From the NCBI GenBank assembly GCA_002633005.1, contig NMRA01000869.1:1-47783 (forward strand): a stretch of 47,783 nt of DNA. Direction: 5' to 3'. This DNA is from Phoronis australis. Its lineage: Eukaryota > Animalia > Phoronida. Numbering within the stretch: position 1 is the stretch's first letter; each line of letters opens with the position of its first letter. The notes beneath the pieces are model-generated. The model was not told the DNA's origin, searched no databases, and saw only the letters and a list, made by a program, of their open reading frames with translations. Below are positions 27,801 to 39,800 of this stretch, piece by piece. A program made the translations under genes and the position numbers.

Positions 27801-30800
27801 GTCGACGTTTGCAAAATATCAAAGTCCACCGTTGAAAAAAATAGAACCACCCCCTGCGCAATGCTGGCTACGGCCTGTTGGTTCGACAACAACAGCAAAA
27901 ACGAGAATAACAAAACAAATACATTATACAGATCAAACAACAAAACAAAAAAGTGGTTGGTTTTTTTGGCAATTTGAAACGATTTACAACTACTGGAAAT
28001 GAGTTACGCAAGCTTAACAGGAGAACAATGATCAATCTTTTTCAGACACAAATAATGTTTCCACAACATACCGGGATATTAGTCATTCATAAACAAAACG
28101 CGAACAACAAAAAATAAAGTCATACGTTATTATTAAATCACCACATGGGAAATGCCAGTCATGATTTATGTTTATTTTTAGATTTCTTCATAAATAAAGC
28201 AATAATGAACATCCAGATGAACTGTCAAATTTTCAAGACACCCTGGCACATGTCACGCATTTACTAGAAAACGCAGATGTAAACATAAGTGATCGCATCG
28301 ACTATGATACACGTAAAAATAGTTAAACTAGAAATAAAAGATATGTCTGCTGACCACCCATTTTATTCAACGTAATTCTACTTACTATTTTGAAAGCTGG
28401 AATTTAGGTTTCAATTCCAATCAGAAACAAAAGAATCACTTCAAAATCGATTCATTAAAATCTATATGGAATAAAATGTCCAACAACCTCACTCTCAATA
28501 ACATTTAAGTTACCAACTTCACTTGGGTGTTTTCAGAGAAAAGAGCGTCACAACTCACCATTACAAAATTGAGATGCGATAAACCGAAAATTAGGTTTAA
28601 TGTTAGATAATTAATGCACGTTTGACACGGTTCCACAAGACCTCCTGTTGTGTAATGTATTCTCTTATGAAATGTCGGACACTCTGCACACACACACTTC
28701 AATTCATTCTTGTATCTATTCATCAAGTCTTCCAGATTCCACTTGTCAGTTCGGCTCTGCGCATATCTGACGGGTAAAATCCTGGCTAATAATTTGCCTT
28801 GTTTCCCCTACCCCCTAACCCAAAATCCTGGATCCGCCCCTGGTAGGGATACTGCAAGCTATTGTCCTGGGACTGCCATATTTTATCCAAATCTCGAAAA
28901 CATCCCAGATCCTCTCTACCCACCTACATGTACCATTGTATCTTGGCTCTACCCCGGGCTCATAATAGGCACATGTATTTCAAGGCTGTTGATCTTGCGT
29001 TTTCTAGAGGCTCCAGTTATATACGGTTCAAATTTTATCAGAACCTGATTGGTGAAACCATTCCCCAAAACATTTGTAAAGACATCTAACCTTAATATTA
29101 GATCATGAGATGTCATTTGAACCACAGTGACGAGCCCCTGGACAAAATGAAAAATGAAATTCTAATCAACCTACTGAAACTTATATCGCACCTTAAATGC
29201 ATGTTTCAAAGTATTTGTACCAACCAAGCAGATGACGCAGGACATTTTTTTGAGCTAAACAGACAGCCATATTGAGCTTGCAATAACCATTATTGGTGTC
29301 ATGAAAGAGTCGAATACAATCAAAAATCTTAAGTGGTCCGACATGTCATTGTGAAGAAAACAGATTTCAAGTATTAACACCGCAAGTTCTCAACAGAGTA
29401 AATACTATAACAAAGAAAAAATTCGAGTATCATTCTATCTGCGCAGAGTTTAACAACGCTTGGTCCTCGCTAAGACTTTTGCGAGACTATCCCACTACAT
29501 GTATTTTAAAAGAGTACACACGAATTTGGATAGATTATTCAAGCTGCAAGACAGCTAGTGAACTCTACCCGGGTCTACGTTCCAGCATGTCTTTCTTACT
29601 TCCACCGTCTTACAATGGAGCAACTCGTGAATCGACAATAACCGAGGCATACATACACGTGACAACCTGTCAACATACGTAATAAATTAGTAATAGACAT
29701 CATTAATAAAGTTCAATTTTCACCGATAGGATAACATTATTCTCCTACAGTCGTATACCGCCGTGAAATTACAAAGGAAATCTGTCAACAGATTTAATTG
29801 AACCTTATTGTTAACCTATGGAAATTTCAGACAATCTTTTCAGAATCTGTCTCTCTTTTGCAATTATGGATCTGCCAAAATGAGTCTGTTTTAATTGTTT
29901 GCACTATGATACTGAAGATTGATTGTAATGATCCTTGCTTCGGACCCTGGATGCAGTCGACGAATAACTGGTAAAATTTATAGCATTTAATGTCCTATTG
30001 ATGAATATATGTTTTTAATAAGAGGTTCTCATGACTAGTCTAATGGCGTCAATCAAGTGCTCCTTAGTGAAGTTACAAGTTTTTTCCATAGTAAATTGTC
30101 TTTATACGGAATTTCTTTATAATCGCTTTTCGTATCACTGTGTCATGATTTGACTATATTTGTCTCACCAAAATACACCCTGTACGTGTGCTAATTGTTG
30201 ACTTGAACCTGTACAAATTTCTTGTATATTTAAAACTAGCGTAGCAACATGTGAATATATTATTGCCGTTTTGCATTGTTTCTAGGATAACTTATTACTT
30301 CTATGTTCACCAGTTGATGAACTACACTGGATTTTGGGGCGGTAATTTATGTAATTTACTTGCACCATCTCGTGAAATGAAAATGGTTTACCTTATTCAA
30401 CATATTAACTTACATGTGCTACAGTAGGAGAGGAGATATCAAAACTGTGTGGTGACTAAGAATTTCCCTCGTACGATCTTTTTGATACATGCCACCAAAA
30501 ATACAAAAGTCAGCATTTTGAACATCAGCCTCGATACAAAGTTGTATAACACATTTCAAAATCAGAACTAACCGACTGCTACTTGACCCAGTCATTAACA
30601 AAAATAGAAGCAATCAGCCATAACAAGTAATATCATAAGAAAGTGAATAGTGTCACAAAAGTGTCGGTGAAAAAACTATAGTGAAAATTGTACTGCAAAG
30701 TATTTACTTGAATAACAACGACCTAACTTACTGTTTAAAACGTCATACTTCGTTATATAATTATCCTCGTGTAATTTGTAAAACTCGTACAAAATCAAAT

Positions 30801-33800
30801 GATCCTCATTTTGAGTCTGCTATTACGCTAAAAAACAACAGGGGTAGTCTCGGAACCACAAAATTAGAACTTGGATGGTCACCTGCATGTACAGGGTGTA
30901 TAACAAACTCCCGAGAACTTGCCGCTAAAATATCTTAGGGTAAAATAGCTTAATTAATTTTGGTCGTTGTTTTTCGAAAAAACACGTTCCATGTCGTACT
31001 CTTGTAGTCGTACATTCAGACAAAGGTTACCTAGTATAACTTTAAGGGATGCAACGGTGCTGCCAGATTTCTTTCCCAACACCAGCGATTCAGTAAAGCA
31101 AGTCAAAAGAGGGAGGTAACCGTGACTAAATCAAAAAACGTTTTAGTTGAAGGCGCATGCATACACACGAAAGTAATTTAAAAATCCTTATTCAAATAAG
31201 TAATGATTTAATGGCATTTTGAATACACTTGAGCAACTACCCTAAAATTTCGTTTTAAAGAAATGATTGCGCCTCACTATTACTAACTCCTCCACCAAAT
31301 CCACGCCCCTAAACAAACTCCTAAGTTGTGTTAATGGCAAATATATTATAGTTACAGTACCTTTGTTAGTGTGTAAGTGTAAACAAAGCTACGTCATATA
31401 CCGATGTGACATTACCACAGATGATCTCCAAAAGTAAAGACCTGCTTTGGAAAGATAACACTTTCGATCGTATTTAAAAGTTTTTGAGAGTACATGTGCA
31501 TGTAAGCAACAAGGTGCGAAACATGAAATCCGTCAATGACAAGAAATAGTTAACAGTTTAGAGTACTAATTTAAAAACGATTCAACATGAAACCAGGAAG
31601 TAGATATCTTTCTGATAAAACTGATAAGGCAACGATTGCATAGAATCATATTTCTCAAGGTGCACCTCATGGCAGCCATGATCACATGAGTGTTCATGCG
31701 TCAATACTTACAGTATCATTCACTGGTTGGTTGACGTCCCAACCACGGTTTACGTATTTCACTATTGTTGAGTAATCACCACTGAACACAGCAGATTCAA
31801 CCTGAAAGTAATAACAAATATATATCAAATCGTACAGTGTACACTATACATGCACTATCATTATGGAGTCATCTTTTTACAAGCATGGAGATCCTTAGAT
31901 GATATCAACATTCCAGGAGGGCCTGGGTTGCTGCTGGGACGTGATAAGCTAAGAAATACCACGTGGAACTACACTTTTTAAGGTTTCCCATGAAAAGCAG
32001 TGTGAACTGATGGGGTAACCCTCATTGTGAATATTATAATAAAAAGTATTAAATAATAAATAAATGAATAAAATTGTGAAACATTTATATCAAAGCTTCA
32101 GAAATATCCCGTGTGAATACTTAGTACTTCAAAGACGACAGACATGTTTGTCAGTCTTCTTCCTCTAAAAAGGGTTTATCGTTGGACCTACCATGTCTAC
32201 TTGGATCATTGTGTCCATTTTGACCAGCATTTTTTCAACCAGTTCAATTTTGATTGTCCCAAAACGTGCTGACAAATAGGATTGCGCAGCTTATACGAGG
32301 ATTTTTCAGCATTCGTTTGTTCCCTTTATGGTAATTTATGGAATTCAATGGCCAATACAACTTTTCGCAACTCCAGCGTTTTTCAACCGAATTGCATAAG
32401 AGTCATACCATAAGAATACCATTTCGTCACTTCACGTTGGGGCATAATTATAGAAAAACCAAGGATACACAATTTAACTCAAGAATACTCACCAATTAGC
32501 ACACCTGACTGTATCAGACAGGTTTGAAAAAAATTGTTTGTTACCCAAATGCGTAAAAAACATGGCGTAATAGTAACATGAAATCGGAAATAAACGAGAG
32601 AGGTTATATAAATAACTAATTAAAAAGAAAGGAAATAATTTCAATGATTCAAAAAGTTTCTGCCCTATCAAGACACCGATTTTAGACCATGGATCCCTCA
32701 AAGCATTCATCCAAACTAATGCATCTTTCTATATTAATTGAGTCTTTGGTGCCTATTGATACAGCTCTTCAGTAAAAATTCAGGATTCAGTGATATTTAC
32801 AAAAATGTGATCAACTTATCAGGCCAACTCCGTACGCGTACCTAAAGTTTGCAGACAAGGGTTTTCTGGTAGACAGGAATAAGCAAACATCTAATGCATA
32901 TGTTTGAAATGATCATGACATAGACTGTAGTGTAGGACTCTCTGCAGTAGTTTGTATATAAGCTCGTTTCTTCACAAAGTAAAAACTAGTTATCCTGATA
33001 CACGCAATGTGTATTACAGTAAACAAGAGATACTGGAAAACATTTTTACGATTGATATGTTACTGAAGACTGTGGATTCTAGAAAATACTAACAGCATTA
33101 ATGACAAAAAGACGAATGAACATTTTCCACAGTTTTCAACATTCGAGAATGAAAAACGGAACAAAAAGATATCCGAGTCTACGCCAAAAGGCGAGGGTGA
33201 TATGTTCGCTGCAACACACAAAATCGTCTCGACAGAAATCTGTAGAAAGGGAGGTGTTACACCCGAAAGCCCCCGCTTTTTGTTTGTCAAGTCGAATATT
33301 AGTCAATTACAGGTGCAACACAAACCTATGAAATGTCGCGTTTTCATTTTAGTTGATAGGGAAAATATTGCTATGTCACATGCGAAATTGCAGTAGTACA
33401 TGAGAATGTGTCAGTGTCGCCGTGTGTAAATAAGCGGAACATTTTGATAGTGTGGCGAGATGGAGAGAAAATCAAAAAAGTGGGATATTTCGCCAAGAGC
33501 AGGAAAATTGATCAGTACAATTTTCGCAGGCTGAGCAACATAAGTAGCTGATTGAATTGTTTACAAAGTAAACATCTTACTTTTTAAATATTAGTTGACG
33601 GGTAAAGATAAATACTGCAGAGAGCATTCACTGTCCAGAAGTCAATTTAACGCAAAGCTGTTTGGCAAGAGACAAAAATTGCAAAAATGAATCATCATAG
33701 AAACAATTGAAAACAGTGATATTTATACAAACACTAACGACACATTCCTAGCTAGGCATAAGCGATTTTTTTCAAAAGTTCCATTGACATACTTGATACT

Positions 33801-36800
33801 ACACGTTGGGCCTAAACTGTTCATTTCTTTCTGCAAAACATTGCAACATGGTTTTAACGAACAAAAAAGTCTTGTTGAAAAAATCTTGGAACGTAGTTTA
33901 ATAGATTGTCTAAAGTGGACCCAGTACCTCTGGTGAAAAAGTTTCAGAGGCCAGATTATACCAGCCACCAAGTCAGGGCCACAAGTCGATGTGTACAAAG
34001 AGAATGTAGTTGTCTGACTTGTAGACTAAATTGGCCCGGAAATCGCTGGTTTTCTGGAGTCGTGGCTCAAGAGTTTCACTTGATGAACATATATGTCAAA
34101 ATGAAAACAAAACGATTAAATTAAGTTCTATTAGTACCTACATCAAAACGCAGTCGAGCAGACTACAATAAATTTACAGTGCAATATCTCGCTGCTAGTC
34201 TCTGGGTAGCATGCTCTAATAATATAACAAACTGGTCACGGGCGTGAGTTGGCACTCGAGGCAAGAGTTTTGGGGTAGGATTTTTGCCTTATGTAAACCT
34301 TCCATTTGGAAGGCACCGTCTCGAGTTGGTATTTTGTCACTGAGGTATCGTCTCAGAGTGAATTTCTCGGTTCTGGCAAGAGTTCTATGTTTGGGTAGGA
34401 TTTTTTGCCTTAGAAAACACCTACCATTTGGAAGGCTTAGTCTTGAGTTGGTATTAGCTTTTTGAGGCATCGTCTCGGAGGGTATTTTCAGCTCTGACAT
34501 CAGCTCGGTTAGGTATTGATGATTTTGTGGCGTCATCTCGGGATTGTGCAGAAACGAAGGAAGCTAAGGATGCGGGAAGGGAAAAAATTACGTCGATTGG
34601 ATTTTGTCTGGTTGATGTCACCAAACCCCGTTCCTCTATTTGAAAGTACCTAAACGTCGGTATTTAGGCAATAAGAAGGGAATTGACATAACCTCTTGTA
34701 CCATGGCGTATCTGCACTTCATTTACATTTTCAACAAATTTTAATCTTACTCCATTCAAGGTGGACTTTAGTCTATTCAAGAGTATAAGTTTCATTGGTT
34801 ATTTGCAATAGTCGCTGTAGTTTTGTTTGTATTTTTCCACAGTGATTCCCTTATCTTATCGTTAATCGTCAAGGTCCCAATCGCCTTGTAAACCACCGTC
34901 CGCTTTTGTTAAACGAAACAGTGGGCCAATTATTCTGATGGTCTATTGAAATAATGTTACTTATTTTGCACAAACTACGTTCCAAAGGACTCAATGTCCG
35001 ATGTCTGGCAGGGGAGAACAGTGGTCCACACTCACCCGGCAACACAATCTCAATACTATTTCAAGAACAAATCAAGATGTCCTCGTCAAATTAATTTAAG
35101 TGCATGCCAGTGTTCCTGTAAGTAACTTTCAAGACGCCTTCAGCTACAAAGAAAAAAGTGATAACCATTCGCTATCCTAGAAATACTAGAACGACAAGTT
35201 TCAAAATGACTGAAGTTGTTTAACAAATGAGACAACGTGGATATTTTTACAACCACCTGTACTATAATTATGTAGGAAATGAAAACACTCGAAACCCAGC
35301 GTACCAACGGGATGTTAGAATGATTAAACAACAATGAACGCGTACAACGTGGTGCTTATATTACTTTATTTCATCAACTACATGTATTTGATTTTAACTT
35401 GATATGTCCTTTGACGTTGATGATCTCTGCAAAAAGGTTTTTGCCCGATCCCCTGTCTTTTCTCGTTACATTTATTACTGCACGTTTTGGCGATTTCCAT
35501 TTTTTATTACTAGTCCGTACTCTCTTTTTTCCACTCTTGACCGTTCCTTACCTAAGGTTATTTAGGGCTCTTGGAATATGGTCAAATCTGGCACACCCTG
35601 CAATATTGTTCCACAGATATTTCTCATAGTAATCGTATAAATATCTCAGACACGGTAATTAATTCACTGGTCTCTGAACTCCTTTTACCGATTGTGTTTA
35701 AAAATTATTTTTGCATAAAACGCTATCAAATAAGGTATATTAATATTAACGGGTATGCAACAAGTAAAAACTATAGATAACAATCACTGCTCCGAAATAG
35801 AAGTAATAAAGGTATCAAGACATAAGGTAAATGATGCACAAATGAAGTACAATAGAAAAAATACAGTAATAATTAGTGCCCAAACGCAAATACGAGGGAC
35901 TTTTCGAAAGTTATGTAAACACTACTGTTACTGGGGCATAAATTTTCCACTCAAAATTTCAGAACAAGCGCGTTTGTCAGGAAGTCGATGTGTTCTGTGT
36001 CACGGATTATTTAGTGAGTAAAACGCACAGAGGAGGGGGGACTCGTTTTCATGACGTCAACAAGGGGCTACCCCGTCTAAATAGACAGGAAACATACTGC
36101 AGCGTCAATTTAACCAATCGGGGGTAAAAAAGTCATTAGGGTTGCCGTCAATATCTATTGTGAAAAACAAATTAGCACATTCCGGTAAAATATAAAAATT
36201 CAACGAGGACCTACTTGTATTAGCGTTCTTAGAGCGACGTACATGCACGTGCAGCAAGCGCTCTCTGTCCCAAGTCGAACTGCTTGAATGTAACCATGTC
36301 CAACGTTTTGTCTACTGGGTCATAGCAAAATTGGCTGATGAACCGTGAATTTTTGCCTAATCAGTTGCAATTCAAAAATCATCATTCTATACGTTCACGT
36401 GGAAAAATTAAAGGGATTGGTTATCGTACTGTGTATACCCGCCCCGCCATGTTGCATAACTCAAAATTGATCCCTGGTCCCTGGGGTCGCACTAGAAATC
36501 CTTTCAATGCTAAGTCTTCTTCTAAAATGGCAAGGTATATATTTAAAGCTGCATTTCGCCAGCTTGAAAATAGAGACCTAATGACGGTATTGTTCGGTAT
36601 AGGAGTCCTTCATAGACTCAAAGTAGTTTGAATGTACAGCTTACAAGTACATGCTCGCTAGCATGGCCTTATATTCGCCTTGCAGTTACATGTATAAAGG
36701 AATACACCGAGAGACACATGCTAACAGACAAACAAGTTAATACAGTTGCTAAATATCGAGACCATGCATGCATGTTTCATCAGGAGGCAGCGGGACAAAT

Positions 36801-39800
36801 GAGCGTGGTGGGAACGAGCGGGAAGGGCTTGAAAGCCTGTAGGAACAGGGCCAACGTGCGTAGATACGTACATGTACGAGCCACTTGCTCTCAGCACGTT
36901 TTTCGTGACTGATCAATAGTGACTTCAAAATCTTTAACCAAATGTGTCATCTATTGTCTGTTACTTCTGCCCTACTTATTGTCCTGCCATATTGGCGAAA
37001 ACATGATCTTTGATAGACCCACCCTGCAATTGCCTGGACATCTCATTCTCGGGAGAGCCAGAGCATCTTGTGTGTCCGATATTATCCTAATTGTGAGAAC
37101 TAGGACGTCCATGTGATACGTGAATTGGCAACAACAATACACCTGGACACTAGTGGTTGTAATATTTCCCTACTGGAATTTTGTAACATGACAAGATTAG
37201 GCGACTATATTGTGATGATGAATAATTGCATTCAATCTGTCACCTGGTATGGCGGCCTAAACACTATCTTTCACAACCTTCATGGACACAGGTACGTCTC
37301 TCAGACAATCACTACACATACAATTCCTGAAGGACACAGTGGTTCTAGCACTTGGTTTGAGTCCACGTCAACATGGTAGTCAATTCTAGATATAAAGGAC
37401 CTAACATGGTTATTTCCATGAATTTTGACAAGTTACCTCAAGATGGCGCTTCAGGTATTATTTCATTGGACTACACACACTGTTGGAATCCAGAGCATAA
37501 AACGAATCCTGATTGACAATGGTTACACAAATTCAATTGTTGATAACTAAGTAAACAAGGTACAGGAATCAAAGTTCCAAAACCTCGATTCAGGTTCTTT
37601 GGTGTGATAACCCGGTGTTGCAAACTGCCAAACCTGCATTTGTATGTTGATCGTTTCCTAAACGACACTTACTGAAGCGAAAGAACGCAAAACCACATAG
37701 GGATGATTCATTTCCGACAAAATCTTTTCATAGGAATACTTTTCGGCATAATTCGTTATGAAATCTTTTCCAATTTTATTCCCCACCAAATGGCTCACCT
37801 ACAAGGACGGGACTTACTAAAAAACAGGAATACAGGAATACGCTTTCCACTGAAACAGCAATGGAAAGGTTATATTTATAAACCTTGGGTGCAAAAGCTG
37901 AACTCACTTTGAGCTGTTCAATAATCAAAGGATAAAAACGTAGCTGTCCATAAATTCTTACGAAGGGCTCCTCCACTCCAAAAAGTCACGGAAGCCTCTC
38001 CATAGCAAATCGGCCCCTTTTTCGGTTCCCATGTTTAAATAAGTCGGTATTCTTATTTTTCACCTGAATCCATCCCGCAGTCGCACATTCCCTCTGTCGT
38101 CAAATGTGATCGATCAACAAAGTGGTTAAATAAACTGTGGTCTCCTCACGGGTTGTGTATGAGATTTAGAATCACCTTTGGCTTTACAGGATGTAGCTTT
38201 AAAGAATTTACAATTATAAACGCTTGTCAATCATACGCATTGTTAAAATGGCTGAACATATGTCTAGTGTCATCGACGAAGGTCATTTGGTGAAATCATT
38301 GTACAACCATAAGTTTATCATCTGTATGAATTTAATGTCTCGTCCCGCTGACGGATGTCTTGATGTCTTCATTTTCACTCTGCAGTGATGACAAATCCAT
38401 TAAAATATTTTTTTTCAAAAATAAGAGTTCAGAAAGTCATTTAAGTTTATTTCGAAGAAAACCTCCACTGAACTACCAAAAGGAACTTCTATGTCTGTTT
38501 AAAAAACGTATAGCTGGGGTCACGAACAGATAAATTTTGACTTGTAGGGTGGATGTGTCGATTTTTAACAACTTGAGTTTTGATGAATGACGGATCAAGC
38601 CACGATGAACTAAAACTCCGGTCACGCCTCTACGCAATTAAATGTAGGTGCTTTCCATGAAAGAGTTGTGTGTATATACATGTACTCTATAGGACTAATA
38701 GGAAGCTAGCGATTGGAAATGATACTGGTGTTTATGATCGACGTTTTTATCTAATACCTTAAATCATCATCAGGTATGTGACATGCTTTAAACCACTTCA
38801 CAAGACAATCCATTTTACATCAAAGTGTATAAAACAAGTGACAAGTGGAGAGACAACCACTGGAATGACTACAACTATCAACTACCGAAGGTTGAAAGTC
38901 CCACAATCCTTAATCAAGCTGCGCTCAGCTTGTAGATGAGTGGCTCCACCTGTTAACAGGTTAGTTCTACTCATCATCATGGTCTAGAATCTCTACGTCA
39001 TTTAAAACAATACAATGGTTTGATTCTATCGAATAATTAAACAAGGTACTGTTGGCATATTTGGGATGTTCAGTTATTATGTTCTTAAGAGTCCACGTTG
39101 TCATAACAACGTTACATTTACTGCAGTTCTTACAATCGATTTTAAACAACCATTATGCTTAGATCGAAATTTGCATAGATGCATGAATGGTTTATGTTCA
39201 TATACAGTGCTGTATCAGGGCAGTGCACAACTACGTGTTTTTGTTGATTGTACACGGTTGTTTCGTTATTTTGATGTTGATGTCAAAACGTAACATGTAA
39301 GGGCAAGCACCAGGGTATATTGCTTTGCATTAAAAAACTGCTACGTAGCTTGTCAATATGGCAGAGACAATTCGCATGGAGTGCAACTATTTGAGGCGAT
39401 CGTAAAGTCTCAAACTGGTGCATTTGACCCAGTAAAAAAGGTAAAGTGTTCCAGGCACACAGCATGACAAAGATCAAGTTAGGTGGGACTGCGCGCTTGT
39501 ACAACTGACAGTTGCCATGGAGCGTGTGTACACATGAGCGAGCCTACATTCGCAGCTCTTTTCTTCTCTTTCATGGGCTCACAAAAGGTATAGAAAAACC
39601 TATTTGAAAACTTGACCCAAGGCAGTAACCTCAATTAATCATTGCAGTTTTGTTTACAAAATAGGAAGCGACACTGGGAACGGGTCAAATCACCGACTAC
39701 CTTTTAAAGTTTTCTAGGCGATATTTTACTGGGAAAGTAAACATATATTTAGCTTGCTAGTACATTCGGATGATAACGTACAATACTTTGCAACTGGTAT

